Part shown: positions 39,044-52,729 of the stretch, in pieces
Numbering within the stretch: position 1 is the stretch's first letter
How the letters are laid out: each line of letters starts with the position of its first letter
Source of the DNA: Octopus vulgaris
Lineage: Eukaryota
Reading direction: 5' to 3'
Assembly: GCA_951406725.2 (NCBI GenBank)
Contig: OX597823.1
Coordinates: 36,580,001 to 36,644,000, forward strand
DNA: 64,000 bases
Notes under the pieces: generated by a model
The model's input: the letters and a program-made list of their open reading frames with translations, nothing else
Database searches by the model: none
What the model was told of the DNA's origin: nothing
Position numbers and translations under genes: made by a program

Positions 39044-39690
39044 GTATGTATTCCATTTGTTTCTTGTCTGTTTCTTACAGAAGTTGTGGCATTATTGCAT
39101 CAATGCTACAAGGGTTCTCATACAAATTTAAGTGTAAGCTACTTAGTGGTGAAGTGGTTTCAATGATGAATTACTTGATAGATATGGGTTTATCAATTCT
39201 CTTTTGTGCATTGCTCTAGTGTAATGTTTTCCAAAGGTGTTGGGAAGCGGCATTATTTTGATGTGAAGTATGAATTACTTCAGGATAGGATGTAAGCCAG
39301 TAACAAGTGAATAAAACTTGTGATGAAGTCTTAGTTAAAACTCCTTTTGAATGTGTTTATGTATATTGTATGGTATATATTTAAGACATATACTTCATGC
39401 GAGATGTATAGTTTTTTGGAAGTCATAGAGATGTGGGACAAAAAACTAGTGTTCTAGCACATTCTTCACTTAAACATTTCAGGTGAAAATAATCTGCTTG
39501 ACATCCTTCCTTCCTTTCTTCCCAAATTATTAAGTGACGAATTTAGGGACCATAGTAATGTGTAGGACTATAATTTCCTCTTGTGTGTGCGCACTTACAA
39601 TGAGCATTCTATAAAAAAATATATATATATATATAGATTCTTTCCCTCTCCTCATCATATATATATATATATAGATTATTTCCCTCTTCT

Positions 39691-39747
<57 letters not shown>

Positions 39748-39751
<4 letters not shown>

Positions 39752-40623
39752 GTGTGATGAATATACTGTCATCTAAATTATGCAAAAATGAAAATAACAC
39801 TGGCATCTCATTTTAACAGATATATTTACCAAAATTGCATAAAAATATCTTGAAATACTAATGAGTAAATTTATTCTATAAAATCATCATTGGCTTCAAC
39901 CATGGCCTCCAGATGACTTCGGAATCTCCTGCAACTCTTCTGGATGGTCTCCTTGTTTAAGTTGGTGAATGCTTCTATAATCTTTGCCTTCAGTTCATCT
40001 TTGGTGTTACAAGGAGTTTTGTTGGTCTCTTGCGCAGTTGCATTCCACACATAATAATCAAGGGGTTGCAGTGTGGCCAGGTGTTAGAAATGATGTGGTT
40101 GCAGAAATTGTCTGACAACTGTGACTAGGTTCTCCTGTTTGTGTGACATGGTGCAGAGTCCTGTTGCCAGACATAGGATCTTCCAGCAGCCACCCTTTTG
40201 ACCTAGGGCAGCACTTCCTCCTCCAGGCACTTGATGTAGGCCTCCATGTTGAGTCTGAGGCTGTGTGGGAAGATGAATGGAGACATAATGTCGCCATCAC
40301 TAGTGATCACTCCAAACATCATGATGTTGACTGGATGTTTGATTTTTGTCACTCTCGGTACATGTCCTTAGATTGCACTGTCCTCAGATTGACACCCAAA
40401 CATTCTGAAATGTTTGTATTGGAGCTTCCAGCATGAATGCCAAGCAGTACAGCATATCATTTTCAAATTTCTGGCAGAGTGAATTGTATCATGGTGCTGT
40501 TTTTCTCACAGACAGTACCCAACTAACCCTACTATACTGCATTGTCGACAAAACCAAAAACAAACAATGCCCATGCCTGAAATTAAAGATATAAAATGGC
40601 AACAATTTTCCCCTCGCACCCTG
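39748..40623 (-). mobile_element. Internally deleted Tc1/mariner element (DD37D/maT-like)
   Basis: Terminus TA|CAGGGTGCGAGGGGAAAATTG on the minus strand, decayed partner in (TA)n; transposase remnant WQQDSAPCH..WP..CNP. Confidence 0.85.
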
Positions 40624-40664
40624 TATATATAGCAAGCAAAATGTGTCTATGCAAGTATCTTTAA

Positions 40665-40883
40665 CCCTTTAGCATTTAGACTGACCATATCAGGCCCAAA
40701 TAGTCTACTTGTTTTATGTTCAAACTGGTCAGATCCAGGCTCTCACATAGCCTATAATGTCATTCTAAAAATGGACAACCACATTATTGAAATTTTGAAG
40801 CTATGAGATAATGCATGATTAATTCAAAACAATGTGAATAAAATAAGTGTTATATTTGACAAAGTAATCAGAATGCTAAAGGG
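40665..40883 (+). mobile_element. piggyBac-type MITE, 219 bp
   Basis: TTAA|CCCTTTAGCATT ... AATGCTAAAGGG|TTAA, perfect 12-bp TIR. Confidence 0.92.
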
Positions 40884-42619
40884 TTAATGAGTTTATCTGA
40901 AAACAGAATCTGAATCAATAAGAAAATATGTATTCTTTTTATCTCTCAATTATTTTGAGCACAGATGTCTCTCTCCCTGCAATACATTTATTTTTTCAAT
41001 AGAAATTATTGACATCTAAGAATTAGAATTTTTTTTTTTATGTCTTATTTTAAAAAAAAAAATGAGTGCAAAGAATTCAGTAACACCTGCATAGTTATTT
41101 AGAAATAAGAATTGAAGATAGAAGCAGGTTTTAAATCAATTGGAATTACTTAACATGCATTGGCCTTTATCAGCTTCTAGACAAATACATAAAACATTGG
41201 CTTGCTGGCTGCTGTTGGTAGTGTGCCAGAATCAGTATCAGCCAGATTTCTATTTCAAATCTTAAGTGATCCTGTCCTGTAGATTTGCCAAAAGAATAAA
41301 AGAAATGATTTGTTCTGTGCAAAGTCTGCCCATGTGGTTGGCAAGCATTTGAATTGAACTCTTATTTGTGTATATTATTACATGCATTAATAACCTCAGG
41401 AGGTGTGTTCATCGTTCATCACCTATATAATTTCATAGCAAATGAATCATTACACACATAGACATGTTTGGGAATTTCCAAGTGTAAACATATAATCGTA
41501 TACATCATTGTCATTTTAATGTTCACTTTTCCATGGGTCAGGTAAATTTGTTGAAGCAGATTTTAAGTGGTTGGATTCCCTTTTCACAAACCTTCATCAG
41601 TTTTCAAGCAAGTTATTCCCCACTAGTCCTTTAAATATGAACAGCACACATAATTACAAAAGAAGCCTGTATAACTGAAGTTTCTGGACAAATGTATGTT
41701 GTCAAGATTACGACAGACTTGCACACATACATGACAAGCTTCTTTCAGTTTCCTTCTTCCAAATCCACTTGTCCAAAGTGCTGCACAGTAAGACTGAACC
41801 TAAAATCACATGACCATACCTGCACCTATATTTAAACATATTTAAAGTTATTCTGCTTTGTGCTAGTGGCCCTTTTAAAACATCCTTTTTCAAGCATCTA
41901 ATTGGAAGATTTGATATTGTTGTTTAGCAATTATTATACATATTTAACAAGTTTAAGGGATAATAATAATAATAATAATAATAATAATTTTTCTAATTTG
42001 AGGGGAGTCGATTATATTGAAACCCCTCTTCCCCAGTGCTTGACTAGTGCTTTATTTTACTGAACCTGGAAGAACAAAGTTGACCATTTAGGAATTTAAA
42101 CTTGGACCATAAACTACTGGAACAAATATTACTAGGCACTCTAATGTCTCCTGTTCTTACCAATTTGTCACCCAATTTTGTTTTCTTTTATCTTACTTCT
42201 GTATTTAGTTTATATTTAATTATTGTAAAAAAAAACATTAGAGTTAATTGATTATTGTAAAGAGTTGATTATCTAATGTCACAGATTTTTTTGTACTTGA
42301 GATTTATTTTATTTCCTTGAAAAGAGAAATAGCAAGATTGATCCAGTATTGTTTGAACTTAGACCATGGAGATCACATCTGCTACCAAATAAAGTGTTTT
42401 ATTTGATGCTCTGATTCTCTTACCTGTTTCCCTTTTATTGACCTGCTTTCATTTACAATCAAGAATGAGTGTTTCTGCCATCATCACTCCCTCTTCTTGA
42501 GTCCCCACCATCATTCACAGTTGAGTACCTTTTCTCCTCTTATCTATGGTCACCACCACCACTATTTCTGTCCATCATTCATCTTACCTACTTTTGTAAC
42601 CTTTGCCTACCCTTCCTGA

Positions 42620-42660
<41 letters not shown>

Positions 42661-43117
42661 CTCATAGGTAACTTTAATGATATACCTTGGCTCCTCACCA
42701 CCATTACCTCCCTCTTTCTCTCTGATACCATTCCACTCGCTCTCACCTATATACAACACAAAATAGTCCTAAATCTTCTCTTACTCCACCCTTTCCACTG
42801 TCCTCTTCTTCACTCTCACCAGCCTGGAAACATTACTCCTTTTTCTCCCCACCACTCTTTATCTTATTCCGACTTCTCTGACGTGGGAATTCTTCTCTTT
42901 AGTCTTGCAAGTTACAAAGGGACATCGCTAGTGTTGGTACTATAAAAAAGGCACTCACAACACTGTAACGTGGTTGATGCTAGTGGCCAGCTTTTAAAAC
43001 ATCCTTTTTCAAGCATCTAATTGAGAAGATGTAGAATGATGATTGTGATAAAGAAAATAAATGAGCTACAAATATATATCCAGAATTCTAATCCACCAAA
43101 ATTTTTTTACTACTTAA

Positions 43118-44206
43118 CCCTTTCGTTACCAAACCGCCCAAAGCCGCCCGAAAAAAATTTTGGTTTATGAGACCAAACCGCCCAAAGCCGCCTGAATTTA
43201 CCTATTCATATTTAAATGAGAATATCAGAGCAAATCTCTTCAGTACATTCGTGAAAACACGTATTATACTTCGTAAACAGTTCAACTACAGTTTTGTACA
43301 ATAATCGAAGTGTAATTTTAATTCCGTGAATTTTGGGAGATTTTTTTCCGAAATTTGTTCCTATTGTGTTTTCAAAATTTGTAATTCTGACAAAAAATGG
43401 ATACGAATTTCATTATATCAAGCAGCGAGTCAGAATTCGAAGGATTTTCTACTGAAGACCTTCATAAATCTAACTCTATGACTGAAAAAAAAAAAAGCAT
43501 GTGGTATTTGATAATGAATCTGATATTTCATCTTCCGAAAGTGAAAACAGTGAATCTGAGATCTCCGATAGCGATAAAGAAAACGAATTGGCACCTGAAT
43601 GGAGTGAAAATTTAAAAACTGTTTCTTTCGGTGATTTTTCTGAAGAAACTGGACCAAGCCACAGACTTTCCCAGAAGGGTAAAGCCTTAGACTATTTCTA
43701 TTTACTTTTTCGAATGAGCCTATTTGAAATCATTACGGCAGAAACGAACCGTTACGCTAAAATGTAAACAAAACGAAAGAAAGTTTAGTTTGTGGTTTCC
43801 CACAACCTTAAATGAAATTAAGACTATTTTGCCATAAATATTGTTATGGGTATCAGAAAGTTATCCAGAATAACAAATTCTATCGTAAAATTTTGTTGTA
43901 TACCCAATTGAATATTAGCTAATAACCCATTTTCTATAGCGATGTTTGAACAAAATTTTAATAATTTTATATTTTGTTGAATTTACCTGTATCTACCTGC
44001 AATTAGAGTCACTTTGTGACAAAAATTATAGTATAGAATTGGTTGAGAATATTTCATTAAATTATCTTCCAAAAATCAGATTAATATATCGATAAATAAA
44101 AAAGTTATAGTTGTTTAATGAAACCAGACTAAATTTATGATTACGTTAGAAATTAATTGAAACACATAAGGGGTGTAATTTGGTCAGAAATATAGTAACG
44201 AAAGGG
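43118..44206 (+). mobile_element. Internally deleted piggyBac keeping the transposase N-terminus
   Basis: TTAA|CCCTTTCGTTAC ... GTAACGAAAGGG|TTAA; acidic N-terminus SSSESEFEGFS; ALDYFYLLF..LFEIITAETNRYA; subterminal accaaaccgcccaaagccgcc twice. Confidence 0.92.
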
Positions 44207-45602
44207 TTAAAGTTTATGATAATGCAGCACATTAGTGAAGACAAGAAAAATTATTGATGAATCAGTTATTTCAGGTGACCCAAATGATTGATGTGATTTA
44301 ATTTTCCCTTAACCTTTAGTAATAATAATCCACATCTATCTTAGTTACCACCTCAGTTTCTGCATGACTAACAAACTTGACTCTGCTTATTCCCTTCAAA
44401 AGACCTGGATGAAACAAAACTAGTAAAAAGAAGGACAATAGAAGGATTTTGCAGTTGTCAGATTCATTAAAAGTGAACTTACTTTTATTTCTGATTCTCA
44501 GTGACTCCTATTTATTATGTACAAGATACAATTTCAGAAGATTTCTACAGTTTGCAACATCCATTAATAAGTCTCAAAGACTTGTCATAAATAATGTGTT
44601 TGTGCATTAATCAACATTAATAGATCTAATAGCTTCAACTGTCAGAACTTTGGTGGGTTTGTGCCATTGTTGGCCCAGACCATATCTAATTTAATAGCAC
44701 CACCTGTGGTAAGTAATACAAAATGAGAAAATGCAAGGTGAATCTGATGGCTTCATCTTCAAATAAAGTTTAATAGTCTTCTATGGATGATAGTTATTTC
44801 ATGGTTATTCTATCCTTTTTCTTTCAATATATCAAGGACTATGTTAACTAATGTCTTCCCTGTTTTGTTTTTTAATCATGGTAAGATGTGGTTTGGTGAT
44901 AATTTGGCTGCTATTATTAGCAAGTTTTGTAACCACATAGTGGTTTACTATTTTGCTCCCTCTTTCTAAGCTTCTGCTGGTTTTTGCAGATTTAAACAAA
45001 AGTTCTTTCTCAGAACTTTCTTTATCAAAATTTACTATTCTACAGAATAAATTAAACCGTGAAGAACATCAAAATATATTTTTTTGCAGGTTTAATGTTC
45101 AAATGTCAACCCCTATATTTACTGTGGTAAATACATTAACTGTAATTTGATTGCAAAGTAATGTATCATCTGTCAATTTGTCATTGTGCCAAATTCATCA
45201 CCAAAAGATCTGTCATGCTTTATATACATTACAGTTTTTATTTGCTGTGTGAAAATGCTGCATTTTATTAATAACTAGCTTAATGACCTGGTGTCACCTG
45301 GGTTACAGCTGTTATTATTCAGATTAATAAGCAATAAATATAAAGATATATTCTCATAATTATTTCAAAACATCTATATTTTATTAACAAATATCCAAAT
45401 TGTAATGATAATAGAATTTTGAACTGAAAATCTGTCACTGTTGAAGTACCTCAGGATAAGCAATATTCATTGTGTAAATTTTTGTTGGTGTCCAAATGAA
45501 TAATTTGTTGTTGCTTCCAACAAGCAACATAGAGTTGGCTGTGGGAGAAGCATGTAGTAGAGAGATCAAGTGCAACTATCTTGAAGGATTGACCCTGAGA
45601 TT

Positions 45603-46218
45603 TCATCATGATCATCATTGTTTAACATCCATTTTCCATGCTAGCATGTGTTGGATGGTTCGACCGGGGTCTGGGAAGCCAGGAGGCTGCATCAGGCTCC
45701 AGTCTGATCTGGCAGTGTTTCTAGAGCTGGATGCTCTTCCTTATGCCAACCACTCCGTGAGTGTAGTGGGTACTTTCTACATGCCACCGGCACGGAAGCC
45801 AGTCAAGGCGGTGCTGGCATTGGCCACGTTCGGACGGTGCTTTTTATGTGCCACCAGTACGGGTATCACAACTACAATTTCCATTTGATTTTTATTTTGA
45901 TGTTGATGTACTTGATTCATTAGGTCTCCTCAAGCACAGCAGGTCACCCTATGATCCAAGGTAAGGACATCAGGCCATCCTGCGATCCAAGGTACTTTGG
46001 ATGGGCTGGGGTTGCTATGTGAAGTTGGTGCAGGAAACTGCCATGAACTCACGTTATTTGCTGGTGCAGGAAACAGCCCTGAACTCATGTTATTTGTCTG
46101 GTCTTCGCAGTCACAGCATATCTCCAGAGATCCCGGTCTTTCGTCAATGCCTCTGTGAGGCCCAACATTCGATGGTCATGCTTGACCACCTCATCCCATG
46201 TCTTCCTGGGTCTACCCC
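45603..46218 (-). mobile_element. RTE LINE 3' ~600 bp (ORF end, UTR and tail)
   Basis: (cat)n tail, conserved UTR, minus-strand RPRKTWDEVVKHDHRMLGLTEA. Confidence 0.88.
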
Positions 46219-48028
46219 TACCCTAAATTCCTTAAAAATTGGTAACTCGGTTTTCAAATCCATGAGGAACACAAACAATCTCTCTCTCTCTCATATATTA
46301 AGATGAAAAAAACTTCAAAGACAAAAAAATTCCATCTTGCAATCTAGAAATGTGTTAGAAGTTTTGAAAAAAGAACAATGTACTTAGTAGATTAAAAAGT
46401 TAAGTAAAATGAAACCCATCCAAATGGTTTTCCAATATGCTGTACAGGAATGAGTTAGAATGTTTTTATTGTTAAAAAAAGATGATGACGTTTCCTCTAT
46501 TTACAAAAATGTTAAATTACATTTTGAGTTGTATTTACTCTGTTGATGTAAAGCATGATTACAAAATTATAGATAATGTAGTTAGCAAGTTCATGAATTC
46601 ACCAATGATGTATTGGCTTGTTATGTAATTACCTTGCAATGAACTTGTCAGGTGATGTATTTATTGTGAAGCCATTGTTCATAATGAATTTATTGGACAA
46701 AGATTCTGATATTCAATATTAATGGGGCTTCTTTATATTCCTTGTCAACTTTTTAATGAACTTGATTTTTGTGAAAATCTGTTGAAGCTACCTTCTGGAT
46801 GTATATTAAATAGATCATTCTGTACTGTTTAAGATACCTTCTAGATAGTGTATATTAAGTAGATCAATTTCACTTCATAAATATTTAGCAAACAAATTGG
46901 CAAAAAGTTTATAACGCCCGCCTAATATTCTTTAAATATTGAAGTTCATTGTGGTTGTTTGTTTATGGTTGTCAATCAACTCCAGTAATTCTTATCTTGG
47001 AAGAGTTTAGTGAGCATATGTTTGGTGTGTATGCATGTGTGTTGACCTGAGTTAACTGAGTCTGTAAATTTTAATATTCTGCAAATTCAAATGGTTTATG
47101 TAAAATGTACTAATCCTTCAAGAGTGAAATTATGTTTACATTTAGTTTTCAGTGTATTTAAGATGACTCAAGTATGGTACATTACTCTACATAAGTCGTA
47201 TATCTCAGCTTGTTACTCCTACAATTTGAAATCATAACCTTTTAGTATGTAGCTTTAAACTTTTGAAAAACAAGTCGGTTTGGTTTTATGCCATTTTAGA
47301 AATTCCAAAGAAATGTTATATCAGGTTTTCTCAAAAATCTTGAAAACTAGGTTCATTTGGTTCACCTTTATGGTCTTTAACCTGTAATCTGTTGCTAAGC
47401 AATTTTAATCAAGGGAAATTTGTAATGAGAATCCAGTAAATTATCTAATAGTAATTCTAAACCAACATATGAATCCAAAATGACTTCAAATTTTATTTGG
47501 AATTGTCTTGGGATCAATTATGTTCCCAGTTTCCTTGGATTCTACTCTTTTGTTTTACATTAATTAATATTACTCTGTGAAAATTTTATTTCAAATGCTT
47601 TGTGATTCAGTTTTGACATTAGTGTCTGTTTAATGAGAATCTATATTCTTTAATTAAAAATACTCAAAGACTGAATCATTGATTTCAAGCCATTTCTGTA
47701 AAATGTTGCAATTCTTTTCATTCTTTAGTTGCATTTCAAAGTCTGTTGTTAAGTTGTTCCAAAACTAGAAACATCTGAATTGGTTTCATGAACAATATTT
47801 TGATATGGAGAAAAAAAGTTTGATTTTGGCAGCTCAGTATTGGACCCCTCAAAAATTTCATATGAAAAATATTTAAAGATTTCTCTTCTCATATTTATTC
47901 CAGAATGAAACATTTTAGATTTTAATTATTCATTGTAAATATTAGAACTTGATATTACAGAAAAGAAATTAAATATCTTAAAAATTCCATGTTAATTTGT
48001 ATTTTTAAATCAAAAACTTCTGGCTACT

Positions 48029-48032
<4 letters not shown>

Positions 48033-48066
<34 letters not shown>

Positions 48067-48106
48067 AAGAGAGAGAGAAAGAAAGAGAGAGAGAGAGAGA
48101 AAGAGA
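48033..48106. repeat. (GA)n/(GAAA)n microsatellite
   Basis: Seen directly. Confidence 0.95.
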
Positions 48107-48488
48107 GGGTGGGGATGGGGGGAATTTATGCATATATGTCCACAAAAACCATGTTCTCTTTTTAGATTTCAAGAACATTACAAGATGCTTCATAACTATG
48201 TACTTTACTTTATACACGACAAAAAAAAAAAAACCCTGACAATATAGATATTCAAACTCATTTCTAAAGAGTAAATTCTTTGTTCCTAGTGGTATAAACA
48301 TTCAGTTTGTCAAATGGAATAATTATTAGTTGTAATAGTTTATGGTTTCTTCATAAATATTCTATAGACAATACCATAGACACTGTTGCTATAACCCCTC
48401 TATCCCCCCTCTCTAGCCATGTAACCACACATGTGCTTCTCTTGGACTATTCTTTTCCTTCTCTCTGGACCTTACCTCTCTCCTCTTT

Positions 48489-48515
48489 CTGATGAAAGGC
48501 CATGCTTGAAACATC
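48489..48515 (+). ncRNA. Decayed minimal type I hammerhead ribozyme motif within a Penelope-like terminal repeat (~48380-48620)
   Basis: CTGATGA-A-[AGGC cat GCTT]-GAAA-C-ATC; core and stem II present, stems I and III degenerate. Confidence 0.55.
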
Positions 48516-49970
48516 ACCCCCACCTCATTTTTCCATCTTAGACTGAGCATCAACCTTATAGATTCACTGTGTATGTCCTTTTGACTTTTGTTGTTTTTGT
48601 TTTTATTTTCGATTTGCCTATACATATACCACTGACAACCAGAAATTTAAGTACTTGGTCTTGGTGTTTGTTCATTACCCTAAATACATAAGAGATGTGT
48701 TTGTGTGGTGGGGGAACAGGCAATGAGGTGTTTTGTTGTTGTTATGCTTATTCTGTAATCTTATTTGAAGACCCAAGCTGTTATGAAGATGACCAAATCT
48801 GAAATTGTTTTATGTAGTTGTACTTACAACATTGGATATGGTTTATTGAAATGTTGAAGATTCTTGGTGTATAATTTAAGGTCTGGATTGCACTATTGTA
48901 AAGTACAGTGTGGTTGTAGGCAATGAAGGTAATTTATCACATGCAACTGTAAAGTTTTACAAAATATCAAAAGTTAGTCTTGGACTGTTTTGGATTAATA
49001 CCAAGTAAAAGATGTTGCCCTTCTGAAAATGAATAAGTTCCAGTATTGACATCCCTAGTTTTGAAAATCTTGCTATAAGGGTTGCTCTTATACTAGTTTT
49101 AGCTCAGTAGCTGTGTCCACACTGAGGGTTGTTAATGTTTAAGTTGCAACATTCTTGAAGCTATAGATAAGAAAGTCAGACATTATCAATGATTTATCTT
49201 CTTAATGAACATATGTTCTGAGTAATCTTTGTAGAAATGTGATTTTAATTCTGACTGGACCATTTGTTTCTGTATCCAGATAATTCCTAGCCCTTTGTTT
49301 CCATATTACTGTTTGATATTAAACAGAAAATGTAGGAAGGAAAACTAAGAGCATAATTTATGATGACAGTCTTATCTTCCATCAGCTTAGCTTCTTGAAC
49401 TGTTGTAGACAGTGAAAGTAATTGTGTAATACTCTTATTGAGAAATGTGTATTATTTGCTCAAAATAACTGAACAGTGATCGTTGAACTTATGGAGCTAT
49501 ATGTTTCACTATATTACAGTGGGTCTGAAGAGAAGAAAGTTTAGCTTTTATTGGGGTCACTAGACTGGTATAAAGAAACTGAAAAGTTTTAGTGTCAATG
49601 AAATATTGCTATGTTATTAATCTTATAGATAGATGTTTGCTTGTCAGGTGTTATTTTTAGCTAAACTTCTCTCTTCAATGTTAAAACGAAATATATAATT
49701 GATTTCTGACAAATGTTAAATATTTACCATAATAGCATAGAAGGTTTTAAGCATCAAAGCTGTATTAAGATAGGATATTAATTAAATCATTGAAAGTGTA
49801 GTTTGATGGGCAATAGTCTTAATATAGATAACAGTTTAGTTTGAATAGTTTCAGGGCTGCACCATTCCAACTAAAGATGGTCTAGCTGACCAGCAGCTAT
49901 GACAAAGTCCTGTCATCAAGTGAACTGAATTTTTTTCAGAGTTTATTTCTAATTTTTCTCTAATGATATT

Positions 49971-50154
49971 GATTTTAAATCTTAGCACAAGGTCAGCAGT
50001 TTTGCAGGGTGGGTATAAGTTAATTACATCTACCCCAGTTCTCAGTTGGTACATATTTCATTTATTCCAAAAGGATGAAAGGCAAAGTTGAACTTGGCGG
50101 AACTCAGGACATAAAGACAGATGAAATGTTGCTAAGCATTTTGCCTGGTACCTT
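49971..50154 (-). mobile_element. 5'-truncated SINE with an 18-bp TSD
   Basis: tttttctctaatgatatt at 49953-49970 and 50155-50172 flanks SINE core and tail. Confidence 0.8.
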
Positions 50155-50649
50155 TTTTTCTCTAATGATATTAAGAGACAGACAAAGATGTCTCGTTGGT
50201 GTTGCTGGTATAAATTACAATATTATTAATTTTCAGCATAACCAGATGATCATCCTTTAGACTACATAGCCTACATCCTAAATGGGTAATGTTAACTGTC
50301 TGCTTCATAAATATTGTCATTAATATTTATGTATTAATTCAATGTGTAGATGGAACATTAGGCTTCTAATGACTCGCCTGGTTTTTTGAGTTTCACTTTA
50401 ATTTATAAATTTATAGTGTTGGGATTTTTTAAATTTTTTATTAAAACTTTCTGAAAGATGAAAAGATTAGGATTATTCTTAGTTTGTTAATAGCCTTTTT
50501 ATTTTTTATTTGCTGGGTTTGGAGGAAGGGCAATACATTCACCAGTGTGGTTGATGACATTAATGTTTCTCTTAAACCTTTATTATTATTATTATTCTAT
50601 GTTTGACTTTTGCTTTATTATTATTATTATTATTATTATTATTTAAGAT

Positions 50650-51296
50650 GTCACACAGTATCCAATATCATAATGTTGTTGATTGAAGATATTGTGTCTT
50701 TGGGGTGGGGTGGGGGTACTGTCTGCCAAGTCACAACAAGGACCTCAGACAGACAGTACTTTATGCAATACACCTAAATTGTAGAGTATTTCTAAAGTTT
50801 CCAGATGTTTTTTCAGATTGGGTGGTATTGAATGAACCCAATCGTCTGATGACAATAAGGACAACCTTTATGTTTGACTCTCTTGTAACTGCCAAATCTT
50901 AGCGATCTCAATTCTCTGGTATCCATATTTATCAGTCTTTTCTCTTTCTTTCATGATAGATAATATGTTGATCTCCTGGCACTGCCACATAGATTATTAG
51001 GCACTCTTGTTTGTCCCTCCTAAAGGTGACTATATCCAACCTTGTCTGTCTGGAAGTCAAAGTCTCAGAGGATTTTTGCCTTCCCTTCAGCTTTATTTAG
51101 CTGGGTATGATGGAAAGTGTCAACTGTCCACAACCAGCAGACTAAAAGGACGTTTGTTTACTAATCATGCTTCAAGGACTCTGCAGAATACTCTTGCAGT
51201 TCTAAACAATGATGATTTTTGTGGGTGTTTTATCTTCACATTCATTCCAATTTTTTGAGCCATGTTGGTAGTTGGGTACTGATGCTTCCAAGTGCA
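50650..51296 (-). pseudogene. Two R4/Dong-like (restriction-like endonuclease) non-LTR 3' fragments
   Basis: CLIIYVAVPGDQHI..KYG..RIEIAKIWQLQ (about 50880-51005) and ALGSISTQL..QKSSLFRTARVFCRVLE (about 51165-51296). Confidence 0.75.
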
Positions 51297-51437
51297 ATTA
51301 TCATCATCATCATCATCAAGTCAGGTTTTGTTGGAACTCCTGGAGTCTTGTATGTGTAGTGGGCTTGCTACATGCAGCCTATGGTTCCTTGCTATCAGTT
51401 CTTTTCAACTATCTAATACTTCCCTTTTTATTATAAT

Positions 51438-51470
<33 letters not shown>

Positions 51471-51479
51471 CATAATCAA

Positions 51480-51665
51480 GGCAGCAAATTGGCAGAATTG
51501 TTAGCATGTCAGACAAAATGTTTAGTGGCATTTCTCCTGACCATTTACATTCTGAGTTCAGATTCCTCTGAGGGCAAATTTGCTTTTCATTCTTTCAGGG
51601 TTGATAAAATAAAGTGCCATTCAAGTACTGAGGTTGTGCTGGCCTTGTGCCAAACTCTGAAATGA
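51480..51665 (+). mobile_element. tRNA-derived SINE
   Basis: Homologous to 6476-6688; follows (ATA)n. Confidence 0.75.
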
Positions 51666-52729
51666 TTCTTTCCTTCTTCCTCTTATTATTATTAATGCAG
51701 TATAACTACCACCTCCACCAATGATGATGATGATAATAATAATGCAGTATAACTTATCTAGTCTCGCAGAAGCTACCCCCTATCCACCAATCCATAAAGA
51801 AAAAACAACAAAAAAGCAAAACATGGAATTTGAAACATTTGTTTTATCAAGCTGAAATGGAAAGAAAGAACTTGGTTTCCAGCTGACTGCAGTCATTTGC
51901 TGAAATAACTGATACCCTTTTTGAAGTCAATGTTTGGTATTAGTGAAGGCTTCCTGTTGCATTAGCAGAGTTTGTAGTACCCCCGCCCTACTCTGAAGAA
52001 AGAATAATTGCTAAGAACTATATACAATTCAGATAACTGTATACAGGCATTCATATATTGCTAATGTTACCTAGATTTTAAACAAATCACCTTAGTTTAT
52101 GATAGCTGTCATCAATGCTTTTATTCTTAGCGAGTTGTTTTGATGAAGAACAAAGAGACATCTCTCTCTCTCTCTCTCTCTCTCCTTATGCCAGTGTCCT
52201 TCACATGATTAATCTTCATAAATTGCTATTTTTTTGTATTTGTGCTTCATTCTTGCTTCAAGTTGTTCACTGAGAAATATAAATATTCTTTTTATTTACA
52301 TTTTAGTCTTCCAAAATAATTAAATGCACCCAAAAATACCTGAGTGAATAAGTTATTAAGATAGTGAACAGCTGACCAGTTAAGGTCATTAGATGATTTA
52401 ATTTCAAATATCTATAAAGCCAACTGCCAGCCAGTTTGATAACATTCTTGTCATTTGTAGAGTTTCTGGAGGGCATTGAGTTACAATAGTGGGAGGTTCA
52501 ATCTTCTTAGTTGTTTCTTGAAATTGAAGAGGCCTCAATCCAAATAAACCAACTGAATGGTGTAGGCCCAGGTTTCCAATGATGGAAGTCTGGAAAGAAA
52601 AAGACAGTTTGGTTATGGGTTGAACATGTTTGAGCACAGGTCTCTTTAATCAGGACTAACCTGGGGGTCATACTACTACTAAATGGCTGATGACTTTGTT
52701 GGTTATGATGAGTGTTCCAGTTGATACAA

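Noticed and set aside
44646-44708. 63-nt open exon candidate ending GTG|gtaagt
   Set aside because: The donor is good, but the acceptor lacks a polypyrimidine tract and the peptide is unrecognisable; likely chance.
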